Below are positions 49,544-64,000 of a stretch of DNA of 64,000 nt, one piece after another. The notes below the pieces were generated by a model. It was not told where the DNA came from and did no database searches. It was given only the letters and a program-made list of their open reading frames with translations. The stretch is from Catajapyx aquilonaris (Eukaryota), in contig JYFJ02000290.1 of NCBI GenBank assembly GCA_000934665.2, forward strand, positions 1 through 64,000, written 5' to 3'. Each line of letters starts with the position of its first letter. Position 1 is the first letter of the stretch. The translations under genes and the position numbers were made by a program.

Positions 49544-51287
49544 ATGGAGCCGTTGTTCACCACCGCTACCTACTTCCTCCTCTTCGCCATTGTCCTCTTC
49601 ATGGCGGCGGCCCATGGTTGGGAGCGCCGCAAGTCTTTTCCCTGGTCCAAGCAAGAGTCTGCTGGAAAGGTCCCTCCGACCCCTCATAGGCCTTTGCCCG
49701 TGCTGGGTCACCTGCACCTGATGGCGGGCTACGACGTGCCATACCAGGCCTTCAGCAGCCTTCGAAAGCGCCTTGGAGACATCTTTTCACTGCGGTTCGG
49801 CAATGTCCCTTGCGTCGTGGTCCACGGACTCGACATGATCAAAGAAGTGCTGATCACCAAGGGAGCACACTTTGACAGCAGGCCAAACTTCAAGAGGTAC
49901 AACCAACTCTTCGGCGGCGACAAAGAGAACTGTAAGTATATGTTGCCTCATTCTCTATATGTTAATCTATGATTACCGTTAAGGTTGCACAATGAGAGAC
50001 TGATTTGCAAATTTATTCCAAAGCCCTGGCTTTTTGCGACTGGTCCGAAGTTCAGCGCGTTCGTCGGGACATGCTCAAGACGCACGTTTTCCCGCGAGCA
50101 TTTTCGTCCCGCTTCAATCTTCTGGACACCCTGGTCAGTACAGAGCTGGGTGGGTTGGTGTCCCAGCTGTCCCAAACCCAAGGAGAGGCCGTCCATGTGA
50201 AGTCGGGCATCCTTGCCGCATGTGCCAATGTCTTCACCGCCTATTTTTGCAACCGTCGCTACGAGCCTCACGATCGAGAGTTCCTCAACATGGTCAAGAA
50301 CTTCGACGAGATCTTTTTTGAGGTTAGTAAAGTTTTGTCGCAAAACCAGAGCGTAATATCGAAATTTGTCTAACAAAATCGTTAAATCTGCAGGTCAATC
50401 AGGGTTACGCAGCCGATTTCATACCCTGGCTTCTGCCGTTCTACAACCGACATTTGTCCAAGTTGGCAGCCTGGAGCCATGACATCCGCAACTTCATAAT
50501 GGAGTCCATCGTTGAGCCAAGGAGAAAGACCTTCACTCCAGGACAGCAGACAGACTTCCTGGACGCCCTCCTGGAGCACCTGGAAGACGACCAGAAGTCA
50601 GTCCTCAACTGGGACACAGGCTTGTACGCCCTCGAAGACATCTTGGGAGGCCACTCAGCCGTCGGCAACATGATCATGAGGATGCTGGCCTACGTTGTCC
50701 AGAATCCACAGGTTCAGGCCAAGATCCAGCAAGAAATAGACGAGCTCACCGACGGCCAGCGAAGCATCAACTTGGAAGACAGACTCCGCATGCCTTACAC
50801 AGAAGCAACTGTCCTGGAAACAGCTCGTCACATCGCATCTCCAATTGTCCCTCATGTGGCCAATCAGGACAGCACTCTTGGAGGTAAGCGTCTGTCCGTC
50901 AGCCAACATGCGCATGTATAGTATGAACCTGTACTAATCATTCTTATATCCACAGGTTACGACATTCCAAAAGGTACTTTCATCTTTATCAACAACTACG
51001 AGATGAACGTAAGCGAAGAACTCTGGGAAGAGCCGCAGATGTTCCGTCCCGAGAGATTCGTGTCGGCAGAGGGTCACCTGACCAAGCCAGAGCACTTCTT
51101 GCCCTTCAGCACAGGAAGAAGAGCCTGCATGGGTTACAAGATGGTACAATACTTGTCCTTCCTCACATTGTCGACTCTCCTGCAGCACTTTGACATTCTT
51201 CCTGTCGAAGGGGAGAATTACAACTTGACCCCTGGAAGCCTGGCTCTTCCAGCTGAAACCTGCAGGTTTCATTTTCGCAGGAGATAG
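49544..51287 (+). CDS. CYP307: Cytochrome P450 CYP307 (spook/spookier/spookiest family, ecdysteroid biosynthesis), 502 aa. Exons 49544-49931, 50024-50322, 50394-50883, 50956-51287
   Basis: N-terminal anchor and Pro-rich hinge; family motifs LFGGDKENSLAFCDWS, FFEVNQGYAADF, atypical I-helix LEDILGGHSAVGN; ETAR, PERF and heme motif FSTGRRACMG; 1509 nt in frame. A versus B subfamily not resolved (looks 307B-like). Confidence 0.93.
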
Positions 51288-54200
51288 GCAGCCTTGTCAA
51301 TATTTAAAAATTGTTGCACAAAAAAACACTTTCATAACAATAAGTGCTGGAGTCTGTGATCTAGAAGCCCCCCCCCCTGAGGCGGCCAGTTTGCAATTTT
51401 CTTCAAAGCCATCGATCCCATGCAGTCTTTTTATGTATACACATCATTTTACAGAAGGGGTTTTTTTTTCGAAGTTGTTTTCGAGGTTGTTGCGCATATG
51501 ATGCTATTGTTGACAATTTTGGAGTTGTTATCTTGAATAAGGGTTTGGTTTTTGGATATGCTGTGTACATTCATGTAAATTAATCTCATCACAATTTTAG
51601 TACACGTTAATCTTCGTATTATTATTGTTTAAGGTTAATATTGGTTTGTGGAGCAGGTTGGAGCGAGCTGGCAAGGTCAAACTTTGACTTAGGGCAATTT
51701 TCGTCAAAGTGGGCCAACTTCTTGTTGTCACATGCTATTTTGCAGACACAGTTATGTGTAGACCGACTAACGGTAGTGCATAGGCTATCTCTGCAATGGC
51801 GCCGACTTTAATGAAGTAACCAGATTTAATTCAGCCTGCTCAAAAAATCACAGATGTTGTAAAATGTAAAGTTAAAGTGTAGTTAACTTTCTATGCGTCA
51901 GTATACCTTGTCACCAAAGAGTGCTGGGGTCACTAAAATTGTACAATGATTATTATGTGTACAGAATCCATTACTCTTGGTAATAGGCTTCCATCTCTCT
52001 TAGGATCCTTCTTTCGTTTCATCACCATCTTGAATATTGTATACCTTTACAGTTGTGTATTTGTCTATGGGAAAGCCACACCACTTCCAGCGTGCACTCA
52101 TATACGCCTCTGTATTTTCGCACGCGACACTGTATTATTTGTTCCAAAGATTTCTGTACAAAAGAGTATCGTTTTCACAAAAGACAAACTTTTATAGCAC
52201 TCTTTATCATCTAAAACAATGTAATAAACTATACTTGTACCTTGATCACAATGTCTTTATTAGCACCCTTAATACCTCCCCTGTACAATAGAAGAGAGGT
52301 AACTTTACAACAAGTGCTCTCTTGCACGAGTTCCCAGGGCACTTTACCTCTCTCTCTAGCCCATACCGCAATTCAATCGATGATGTTAAGCAATAAATAA
52401 TTCCAAGTAGCTACAGCCCCCCCCCCCCCCTGCTTAGTAATTCACTTTGTCGAACACGTGCCTTTGCCATTAAAAGCAACAGTGTCTGAGGTCGCACGGG
52501 GGGAACTTTGCCATCAATATTTCTTCGCTGGGGGATATGTGGTACAAGATGGGGGCCAAATTCATCAGATTCATATACAAAACTTAAGGACGTTCATTGA
52601 GAGCCTTCAATAATTACAAGTAAATTGTGATCGATCCTGATTGGAAACTTCGCAGATATTCACACCTACAGTTGCGCCTCTCTTTTGCAAGCACACCGCC
52701 AGGAAATTAACTTTTCCTTATACCTTCGGCATCCCGAGCCTGCAAGAGAGTGAATTATTCAGACTGGGAGTTACACTCCCAAGTCCCATTGTAATCTGCA
52801 AGCAAACTTTTCACCAAGGCGGAGAGAGCGAGTACTTTGCTACCGCGCTCCTTTATTTTCTCTTCGTCTAATTGAGACGACGTGGAAACAATTCGCTTCT
52901 GAAATGGCGCACTCAACCAGTCCCTCTGACATCGATGTAATAATTGGTTTATTATTCATGCCTTACTAACTTTGGGTGCAAATCGGAATTTTAAAATATC
53001 ATGGCTCGGATTTCTAGTTTCGATGGAAATGCTTAGAAGGGGTGGAGGGGGGCACTATATAATTAACATTCCTTTGTGGTTTGGCACAACTGATGAACAA
53101 TGCGCTGTTTCATACAGAATTTATCATTATTTGAGTAGATATAATGAGCAATATCTCAGGAGCATATTTCAGTATCTAGAATTCCTGCATACCTTTTTGG
53201 TAATTTAATACGTTAATTTGTGACCCCAGCCTATAATTTTATTACAGAAAAATTATTCAGGCAGTTGGACGCAGTTTTTAATTATTAAATTTATGTGAAA
53301 ATAGGGACGAAAATGACTGCAAAAAAACATTTGAGGCAATGGAACAATGACGCATAATTCAATCTTTAATTTCGACATTTCAATTATTCCATGCATTTCA
53401 GGATTTCATTTGTTCAAAAAGCAACCTGCCTTATTATGAGTGAAAAATATACCATCAACTTCCAAGAGACGGCACAAACGCCTGACACTAATTTGGAGTT
53501 AAACACCCCTTCACCAAGCCTAGATCGTCGCTTCCGCCCCCGTTATCATCCAGGATTAAAAGTGGTAAGCAAGACGAATAGCAATTTATCTAGAAATGTG
53601 GGACCAGTACCGGCCTCTCTGGTATTAAGCTTCAGCAAGCGTGTCCAGAAGCCCCCGACAGGAAATGGATGCGATGGTTGCAGCTGAATTAAAAGCGCAT
53701 TTCCGACTCCGACTCTCCAGCTCCAACCTTCCAATATTGCCGCTCTGCTCCACTCGTGTGGTCCGTTTAGAGATGAAACTGCACTTCCACCTTTTTGGGC
53801 TCGCTAATGAAAACAAACGTGGCGATTCCATGGGAGCCTTGGAAAATGCCTGCCAGATTGCTTTTTTGCCTCGTCAGACCCACAAGTTTCATCTCATGTC
53901 GCAGACCACACAGGTAATATGGCCACAAAATTGCAACATGCTGCTCATTCGAGGTCTGAATCATATTTGGGACTATCAGGAGAAGAAATATTGTCTTCGT
54001 TTATTCTGATGTCGGGGAGACGTATTTGTTTCAATCTTGACTTGTTTGCTATTGTTTGAAGTAGGACAGTTACAAGTAGAGTTATTGTTTGCCAGCTCGG
54101 GATGTCTGAATTGTGAGGCATATGGTTTTTTAATGAATTGAAGAGCTATTATTATTCTGGGATGAGAATGGCAGGCTGAGTTTATTTTAACGTTGTAAAA

Positions 54201-56145
54201 TAAAAGCGTATGTTACGTTTTTTTTTAAAAAAAAATGTGTTTTTAATAAAATATTACACGACAGTATTTCTGTTATCCGATGTAAAATATGTGGGAACAT
54301 TTTCGCGGGGATAAATATGACACTATTATCTTTTCTGACTATATAAACGGAAGTGGCCTCTCAACTAAAAAATTTCTCGCTGGAGAATAACTAGTGGCGA
54401 AAGTAATTTGACGTACTGTACGTCACCATACACGCCAATTTGAAGCATCGTTAATGTACTTTTCTGCGTCCCACGCAAACACCTCAATTTGGACACGCGA
54501 GTACTGACAAGGGTCACCTGGCAGCGAGAAGTGACTTTAAATAGCTTCACAAGAGCCTCTCGACTATAAACACCATCGCAGTGGCTCCAACATGGCGGCG
54601 TCTCACGCTGTACGTGATGTCATTTCATCTATATCAATCATCCATCGTTGTCGATCACAGGGTTCAGATCCCGATATTTTTTATTTTCAACTCCCCCAAC
54701 TCTTTCCATTCGAGACCCTATACGTGAGTGGGAGTCATTACGCGGTCCTGCCCTGTAATTGCGGCCAGTCCTAAACTCATTTCTTTCCAGCAATTGGCCT
54801 ATTGGTTGACGCCCAGGAAACTCTGACCCTATTCTTAACTGCACACCTCCAATGGGAACAAAGGACGTGACGTACTGACACTGAAGGAGAACCTAACCTT
54901 AATATAGTATTCGGATTCCTTCACGTCCTGACACTTCTGCACGATGCAACAGGTTTGTTCTCCTGCTATGTGTTTTGTGTTCACACCGTAATAATTTGCC
55001 AAAAATGAAATTGAGCAAGTATTGGAATAGAGGAATACATAAGAGTCAGGGGCGTAGCAAGAGTCGTCTCATGTCAATAATAAAAAACTTGGGTCAGCAG
55101 TAGCAGCAAACAAATTCCAATAAAATTGGTACTCAGATAGGAAGTAAGCAACACTGATTAATATTAACAAATTTAGGTAAAAAATATATGAACTATTATG
55201 TGACATTCATTACGATGTAATAAAATAAAATAAAAATATAACAGAATGTGAACATGGGATTATGGTGAAGTGTCCCTTTTTGTTTCGAGCTCGTCGAAGA
55301 ATGTAGCTGAATATGCAGGCGGATAAAGTTGTTGCCGTGGCCATCCATCATGCTCTTCTGCCAATAACTCTATGCATTATCGCAAAGTACTGGCAGGAGT
55401 ATGCAAACTATCAGGCCGATAGGAATTTTCGCAGCTCATGCCAAAAATTCGAGTAGCCCCTAACATTATAATGGCCTTTTTCCAAGATAAGCACTTCCAT
55501 CAGAGGCATCGACGACCACAAAATTCGGATTTATAACTGCGTGTAACACGTGTTAATGTCAATGCAGCATATGTTTCCACGGATACAATTGAAGAGTCTG
55601 CTAAAAGTCGTTTATTAGGAATCAGTCAATATGGGAAAGCCAGTGTTCCGAGGCCAGTTTATCCTAACTGTTCAAGGCAACCCATCAGTCACCTCTCAGG
55701 CAGCATATCTTTCAGGAGAGTTTGTTAACGACTGGCGAGTAGAAAGTAACTAATGGAAAAAAGTTTGCACTTGACAATTTTGAGTCAAGATGTAACATCA
55801 GTTATTCAGTGATATGATTAAGCTAGTGAAGCTTATATGGCCACAAGAATTGTTGTGGATTCTAAAAACCGTTAAGATGTGTAACAAAGGTCAGGATAAA
55901 ATCGGTGAATTTTTTATTGTGATCGAGGTGCTTATTTGATATTGAACAGCACGTACGTATACTGTAGAGGTCCACATAGGTCGTTGGAATATTCCCCTAC
56001 GATTTTTACACGATCTGTTCACACGCAATTTCTGAGAGCATCCTTGAATGTCTGAGCAGACATCCATTTTAATGGGAAGAACTACCACAACATTCGCAAT
56101 GTCATATCAGTTCCATCGCAAACGCATGGACATGTTTGTAATATA

Positions 56146-56363
56146 CAGGGTGTCTCAACTTTTTTGTCCGAACAATTATGGGAAATATTGCACTAAGCTC
56201 CTTTTTTTGGCAGTGACTTGCAACCAGTGATGCTTCCCTGGCATTATCAGTTGAGGAATGTGCCAGGAGTGTTGGGGCATATCCTGGCTACATAGCTAGA
56301 AGATAGGCCGACATAGGATTTTCCGATAACTGTTCGGACAAAAAAGTTGAGACACCCGGCCTG
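56146..56363. mobile_element. Tc1/mariner-type MITE
   Basis: TA-CAGGGTGTCTCAACTTTTTTGTCCGAACA...TGTTCGGACAAAAAAGTTGAGACACCC. Confidence 0.8.
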
Positions 56364-59300
56364 TATATAAAAACATAAAACCGCGATTCCAAACAAGCGA
56401 GTGTTCTGGTAATTAATTGTCATCTAAATTGGAGCTCATGGGATGTCACATATATTTAACGACACAAGTTCTATATGGTTTGTGCGAAAATATTTTAGCC
56501 CGCAAAATGACTGCACAAATGTCCCTTTTGAACGTATCACTTGGCTTGCAGGTGTACCTTTGTTGGGTCACCTGCGTTTGTTCCGTTCAACTTAAAACGC
56601 CACATGCAATAATTTATTGAATTAAAGAGGGACTTGACACATGTCCGGACACGACAAAACTTACACGCAATTAGATTTCTTCACTTCAGTTTATGAAAGT
56701 ATAAGTACCGACACCCATAACCTTGGCCTTGCAAATGAATTCTTGCACCACTTTTCTCCCAAACTACTGACTATTCGATGCAGTTTATACCTATAACAGA
56801 AGACTGATGTAAGACGTGCGGTACATCCCACGCAGTAAGACGAGTCATTCCGGCGCATTTGAAGGTCAGACGAGAACTTTCGCAACAAAAATAAGCATAT
56901 ACAGTATAGAAGGTGAAGGTCTTTCGTGCACATAATTTAACCTAATTCGAAGACGTTCGTGTCATACGTCAAATTGTGGACATTTCGTGTCCAACTTTTC
57001 TTCCTATAAAATGGCTCCAATCTTTTAACCACAAAAAAATGATAGACTCCGAACAAAACTATTAAAGGTCCAAGTCAGCACCCGTTCTTTGTAGAACATT
57101 TACGTCCACGCCCGCAATTTGTATCCCCAGAAAATCGGGGGTTGACGAGTCAGATTTTTTCTTCTGAACCATTCATAAACGTCAGCTGTCAGTTGGCCTC
57201 AACCTGATGGGATCTCTCTTTAATGAGACCAGAGTATGACAAGGATTGGGGAAAAGGGATAAAGGTAGGGCGGAACCAGAACAGGCCCACTGACATTTGC
57301 TTTCAGCACGTCAAATACTCGCTTTTTTTTGTATGCGGCTACCCTTAGGCACTTGAAGGGTTGAAAGGCCCAAACTTTAACAATCGATTGATCAGGGCCG
57401 TGCTCTACTGTATTTCATGTTTGAACAGCCCCACTCTGGCTAATAGTTTCGTCGCCCAATATTGACCCCCAAAAAATGGAAGCGGCTTGCATATGTTTTT
57501 CTGGATAAAAATTGGAGGACATTTCGAGTGGCAGAAGCTCGTTAGTTCTGAGATGTATTGCAGGATAAGAGTGTTGGTCGCCGCAACAAAGCTTGTCTCC
57601 TGGTCCCTGGAATCTGTCACAAGAAGCGGGTGCGACCACAATGTGGCATCGCTCTTCAACGCCCTTTTCGTCTCTTTCCGGCCCACAGCACGTTTCTTCA
57701 TGTCTGTGATTAATGAAGGAAGAGGACGGGAGATGGCTTGAATTCCAGTCACGGTAATTACAAGTGGGTGATGACATATGAGGTACCAGGTCTTTAAAAT
57801 GTTTTGGACAACTGTTCAATGATATTGTGGGCATACGAGAAAAATTAGTTGCGAGACACTGTAATTTATTATATGAATTTTTAAATGAGCGCAACCGAGT
57901 GTGCAGCACTAACAATGTGGCAGACTTTTCCAAGTACCGGTGTGAATTTGGCAACTGTGGCAACGTTGTTGTCTGAACAATGGACTTGCGCGAGTGTGGA
58001 TGCGCACTCGGTTGCACTCGTAAATAAATTCATCTTATAGTGAGGTGAAAAATCCTGGCTTGATGGCTCATTATGAATCACCAGGCGATTTTAGTGGATT
58101 TCTCTTGTAACGTCCACGATATGCATTACAGGGTTGAATATCAGGAAAATGAAAGTCTTTCATAATTAAGATATTATGCATGCAGTGTATGAGGTATAGG
58201 AATGGATTTTTCTGGGGTCATTGCGTTGCATGCACTTCGCCTAGAGCGATCGCGTTTTTTTTTTGGAAGGGAAAAAATTGACTGATTTTGTGTTCGCTTG
58301 TGGTAACCCGACTTGATTAATTTTGCATAAAATATTGTGCAGGACTGCGCCTCATCAGCTTCCCAAATATGTGGAGAGCTATGGCCACTATAGCACCGCC
58401 TGCCGCCTGGAACGGAGTTAACTTAGTTGGTTAGATAACCGCGAGATAAGCCATCAGCACCTGCAAGTACCACAAACCGCTGAAGCCACCAAAATCCTTG
58501 CAGAATTGCAAAATAAACTAGCCATTTGGTGAACCCGAAATTTCCCAAGCTATTTGATCAGCGCGGAAAATAAGGTCCATTTTCAACCTGGAAATACTCT
58601 TTAATGTACCTGTTCACAAGTACGATGGGTCTGTCCGTCTTTCCATTGCAATTACAGTCGGAAGGAGAAGAATAGCTATAGTTTCCCTCTTTTTCTTCTC
58701 CAAATAGCGGAAAGGTTACAAAAAAAATTGTTTGAGCAGCTAGTGAAATACACATGGGCTATACAAGCGGGGGCTGGAAAATGAACGCAGCATTTCTTTG
58801 CAGTTGGTGCTTTAATTGCCACTTTCATTACCGGAATGGGAATGGATTGCGGTGCTGAAAAAGACGTTATTTAGACTGCGGGGAGGTTGGGGCGCGGTCT
58901 TTCCTTTTTCCTAAGAATAATTAAGAAAAGCTACTAAATAATTTCCGGGGCTTAAATCAACTTGTTTCAGTCGAAAACAAACATAGTCGGAATTGGACTA
59001 GCGTTATTTAGTTCCTTTCTTGACAAAGGAATATCCACTAGAATGAGTCTGAAGGAAAGTCAGGTGTAATTTGAAGGGTCTCATTGTCTATAGCGGACAA
59101 GTCAAAATTTGTTTTGTCTTGCATTTGAATAACATTTCAGCTGCCCTTGATTATTAGTTATGAATTTTATGTGATAACTACGCTTTGGGGTTCAGTGTAT
59201 GAGACATCCGTCCGGCTATGCGAGTAAGGTAAGGGAACAAAAGTAAGACACGGAGTCATGCTAATTATGCGGCTCGAACTTCAGAAGATGGGAGACCCAA

Positions 59301-61734
59301 TTCCAAAGTTGATCTGATTAGTCGACCTGCTCTCACAGGATAAGGATTCAGGTACTGAGATATACGAGTACACCAGACAGCACGCTGCATACTAAGCTTT
59401 TCGAAACTATGGTTCCTATATTCGCAAGATTTACATGGTCACGGAAATGTCCGTCTTTCTCTTGGTTTCTTTCACATAAGCTTAGCTGAGGAATTTGGAA
59501 ATAATTTTGCGGCAAATAACGTGTCATTAGTATGCACCATGACATGATCAGCATGCAAAAGTGATTCAAACGTGACACGCACAACAATACAATTGTTCAC
59601 AATTGTTTTGCCCTGTACACTCGCCTGACAATGAAATCTATAGTTTGGTCCGAAGCCCCACATAAAAGCGGATCTTAGGAAATGAGCGGTAGCGCTAGAA
59701 AGAGTTTCTCGCTTTGTCGGCCAGGAATAAATAAAGCGGAAAGCATCCCTGAGCTGGAGATACGCCCGGATAGCCTCCCTTTTATTCCCTCCACGTCCTC
59801 AAGACGTGCCTTCAGTCCCCGACCATATATCATATTTACGGTGGCCCGTTTACTTGCCTTGCCGAGCTATCCCCATTTTGGCCCAGGGCAACAAACAAAG
59901 ATAAGGTCTCGACGCGACCTCCGACACAATGCACTCCTATCTCCACCTCTTTTAATTACTTGCCACGCTCTCTTTTTTTAATATCATTCGGCACCCTCCC
60001 TTGTTCTTTTTCTGCCCCAATGAATTTGCGTGCTCTACAAATAAGTGCCAAACGAAACATTGCAAGACAAACACTCAGATGCAAACTTTGCCTCGCAGGA
60101 ACTTGTGGCTGATAAAACAAGCAAGCGATAAGCTTATATCGATGGAACGGTTTAAAAAATAAATTATGGAATTATTTAGCATACCTCAGCCTATAGCTGT
60201 TTGTTTAACTTGTAAGTGAACCAATACATACTAGCACCGAAATTGGTAAAAATTATAAGATAGCAAATTGATCATATTAATCGTAACAATTTCATCAATT
60301 TCGCCGTACATTTCCGTGGCGATGTAAAAATTTGCATTTATACGATGCAGGCTCAGAGTGTTAACGTTAGAGTGAGCAGCATTGGAAAAAGTCGTGCGCA
60401 GTCTGCATGTTAGGCTCCGATTCCGCACATGTGTGAAACCAGTTGGAATGTTACGCCATCGGCAAAAGTATCGCACAAGTGCGGAGCTGGGCTCTGTGCG
60501 AGTCTTGCTGAAATTCTTTGTTCGACATGGGGTAGGACTTTGAAGAGACAAAGTGAAGCCGAAATGTTCGGAATGCGGTTCTGGCTCCCTCGCGTCAAGG
60601 GAAATGAGATTTTCTTCCGCTACGCTTCCACCCAAAATTTTCAACGAACTTTGCACTAAACTAGACTGCATACAGCTTTCTCCCACAACCAACTTACATA
60701 CTACTCCGGGGGAAAAATATTGATGTACAGTACTGGTCACCATATACCGCTAAAAATGTAAAGAGTGACCCTAATAACCACCGATATGAAGCAGGATCGA
60801 TGGCAGTAAAAGTCAAGTTGCATGCGATTTCCTGGAAGAAAATGGAGATGAAAGAAGAAAATGGAAGCGAGGAGACATCAGGCAAATTTCGAAAAAGCCT
60901 TCCAGTCATCATTATTATATTGGATTTCTCCTCCAAGTTATAGGATGATGGGAACCAACCCACTTCCTCCAGAATAAATGTCTGATGCCACAAGAGCCAC
61001 AATTCGGGGAGATGCATATCAATGAGTCCACATGAATCGCATTTGGCAGCAGGCTTCCTCTTGGTTTCGTTGCGAAGAAACTTTTCACATTCAGAATTGC
61101 CGGAAGCTACGTAAGATTTTAGCATATTTCGTATACGGTAAGCTGAAATTTTTATGGCCCCAAAAATTCATTGTAAAGCCTACTAACAATGCCAATCATA
61201 TATATATAGCAATGTTCGGTGCTGCACATAGTGGTATTTCCACGATGTAAGACGTGAGCCATCATTCAACTGACCACAGCTCTTTTTCTGGAGCTCGTTA
61301 GGTTCCTCGGTGGCTTATCCATCACGCCTGCAGTCGTTCATCACTTGCTAAGCAACGCTTCTGCCCGGATAGATGGTCCAGAAGGAAGAAAGTCGGATGA
61401 GAAAAGAAGCACGAGGTTTTTTCTTTCTTTCCAGTTTCGAAGACGGTTCTAACAAGTGAACGAAATGTGAGGAAAAAAATTGGGTCCTTTAGGATTAGCT
61501 TGGATCAATCACATGGACGTACAATTCGCAGGTAATCCATTTGCACTTACCTTACGACGTGTGATATGCTACTAACAAGAAGAGTAGATCTACCTGGTGG
61601 AGAAAAACTTATGTAAGATAGAAAATTTCGGTATTGCGACACTACATAATATTTATGTGAAATTCGCAATTTTGGAATTTCTATATTTGAAATTGCCACT
61701 GGACATGCTAGGAATTTACACTAATTTTTAATTA

Positions 61735-61996
61735 ATAATAATGGATACCCGTGATAGGCCCCTTGGGCCTCTTAGGGGATCATCTTTTGAATACCCGACT
61801 TTAATCATTTGCCTGTAATGTGATGGATTTTGATAGTGGGAGGAAACGGGAGAACCCCGAGAAAACCCACGCGAACACGGAGAGAACCCATCGAAACTCT
61901 ATCCACATAAGTATCCTCCGTCCGACCCGGGGATCGAACTCGGGACCTTAGAGGTGGAAGGCTGCGGCGCTAACCACTCGGCCACCGTGTCGCCCT
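61735..61996 (-). mobile_element. tRNA-derived SINE with V-domain (family B), apparently full length
   Basis: Head GGGCGACACGGTGGCCGAGTGGTTAGCG...GAGTTCGATCCC; core GTTCTCTCCGTGTTCGCGTGGGTTTTCTCGGGGTTCTCCCGTTTCCTCCCAC; (TTA)n tail; 16-bp TSD CACTAATTTTTAATTA at 61719-61734 and 61997-62012. Confidence 0.88.
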
Positions 61997-64000
61997 CACT
62001 AATTTTTAATTAGTTTTTGTTGGCAGTCTGATTTTGGACACATTAATTTTTCAGATAGTCAAAAAACAATTTTATTGCCTACTAATCAGCCATCATTAGG
62101 CACCATAATAATTAAAAATAAATTATCTAAGATACCTGGTCCCTCCTGTGACAGACAATATCCAAAATCGCGAATTTTAAATTCAGATTTTTGCAATGTC
62201 AAATTAAATCGGACAAAAATACTTACAGCATTAGCAACAACGTTCATTAAAAATTGTGGTGCCACAGCAAAAACTATCATGTAAGATATTCTTCGCAGGT
62301 GTATGATTTTACAGGAATCTAGACGTAAAACATTAAATTACTGCCGCATTTTGATCAATATTCCACGAGTAAGTAATTGCGCACAGTTTAAAGAACCATA
62401 AATTTTTTTTACACGGCCCCATATGCTCTCTATATCATAGATGAGAGAATCAATGGAAAAAACAAACAAACAAACAGACTGAAGACATCCAGCGACGTCC
62501 CAATAGATCTGCGGAATCAACGTTGGGGGTCAAATGGACCCGCCCTAACCGGCAGCAAACAAGCTTCTCTTGACTTAGTACAAGAGGAGGAAAACGCTGA
62601 CAGCCAAGAAATGAGTCTACTCGATCAGATAGAACCCTCGGAAAAGAAAAGGGGGGGGGACAAATCGCGACCAACTCTGTTTTTTTTTCCACATCACTAT
62701 TTTTTGCTTGAAAAATCACGCCCCATGCTGGACGTGGGGTGAAATAACTGATGTGGAGGTTTTGTCACACAAAAAAATACTTGGAGACAGCTGTCAGAAG
62801 AGAGAGATGAGTTGGATAATATTAATGTGGACATTATTTTATAGCAGTGTGTATATATACGGTGGAGGTAGAGAATTTTGCAGAGAAAAGGTATAAAAGG
62901 GAAGGATTTTCATTACAGCTTGCTTTTAGAGCGAGCATCATGTCAAAACATAGCGGTTCCTCGAGGCGATCTCTTGATTAAAATGGGAAGGATTTGTAAT
63001 TACTGCGCAGGGAGGATTAGGAAAATACCGTGGAGAAGCCCTCCCTCCAGATATTTGCTTCCCAATTTCTACACGCACGGACTGCACTAAAAAGTGTCTT
63101 ATTTTCTTGCAAGTGCCCCTGACGGCGCTACTAAATGAGGACAATATCATCTTGAAAACCTGACAGTTTGTTTACTAACGTTGGATGAGCTGCATTTTGC
63201 AGTTGTGCTTCAGGATAAAATCCAGATCAGGCTGATTAATCATTAAAATGACTAATTACAATTCCTATCATCACTCTCTCGTGCAAGCTCTCTGCTTTTC
63301 TTTTAAAAAATGCCAAAATATGCAAATAATTCAAGGCAAGTGCCAGTGAGGAATGCGGCTGCATTTCTAACGAGTCCAGACTAATGTCTACCGGGTGTAA
63401 AAGTTGGCTCAGAGAAATTAAGACTCGCCCCAAACCCGACACTTCATTGGGAAGTGCCTCAGTCTTCTTTTCCCCTTGCTTCTCTCCCAAGCACTACAGC
63501 CCGATCCATTACACCATTCCGACATTCATCATTTGGTTAAACGCGTTCCAGCCTCGCTTAATCTTCCTTTTGAGGGGGCTCCGCACAGCCTGCTAACTTT
63601 CTTTTTCAAGAGGAAGATAGCAAATTGAGGCAGCCAGAGGAGTTTGTGGGTAGAACTTTGACTGACTTCAGAATTGGTTGTCGAGGGAAAAGGAAATTTT
63701 CGCGGCGGGCTCTTCTCTCTCTCCAACTTGCTTCAAAGAGAGACACGCAGTTTCATTTCCCAGGCTCTGAGAATTCAATAACTGAAAGAGGTAAAGATAT
63801 TTTCTAGTCCCTTCTATTGGGCATTCTTGCCCTTTTTTTTAAAGGTTCTGAGCGTGCAGCATGCTGTAAGCTTATCATTGTGCCGGATATTACTAGAGAG
63901 AGTCATAAAAGGTTACAACTCCCTGCACCTTCCTCGGAGTCAACCTCTCGAGATCATTAGGTTCATTTCCTCCATCCCTATATAGAAATTTCCTTCTCCA

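Noticed and set aside
57405..58081. 200-aa minus-strand ORF and overlapping ORFs
   Set aside because: No recognisable family; probably a decayed repeat or chance ORF.
60231..61125. 170-aa and 143-aa minus-strand ORFs
   Set aside because: Composition looks non-coding and no consistent exon structure was found.

Overview
Eukaryotic, intron-containing DNA from an arthropod (most likely a non-dipteran hexapod or other pancrustacean; inferred from a CYP307 Halloween gene, an insect-type Atrophin and many 50-100 nt introns). The first 25 kb is a compact five-gene cluster that I could splice by hand with consistent GT-AG sites and reading frames: tra2 (-, 5' part only), Vps11 (+), Mlf (-), DJ-1 (+) and Atrophin/Grunge/RERE (-). 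tra2/Vps11 and Mlf/DJ-1 are head-to-head pairs. A 24 kb interval with no recognisable genes follows, then a 4-exon CYP307 (spook family) P450 at 49.5-51.3 kb and about 12 kb with no recognisable genes. Repeats include two tRNA-derived SINE families (one with a V-domain), a decayed mariner with a nested TTAA element, and many MITEs and fold-backs. I found no prokaryote-style novel system. The best leads are regulatory or structural: an HSE-bearing minisatellite next to the Mlf/DJ-1 promoter, a dense AAGGTCA nuclear-receptor site field plus an EcRE-like IR1 upstream of CYP307, an NPF-rich tail on Vps11, three possible Mlf C-termini, a candidate tra2 poison exon next to a hairpin, and a miR-8 seed site in the Atrophin 3' UTR. 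All gene models and counts are manual and unverified by database search.
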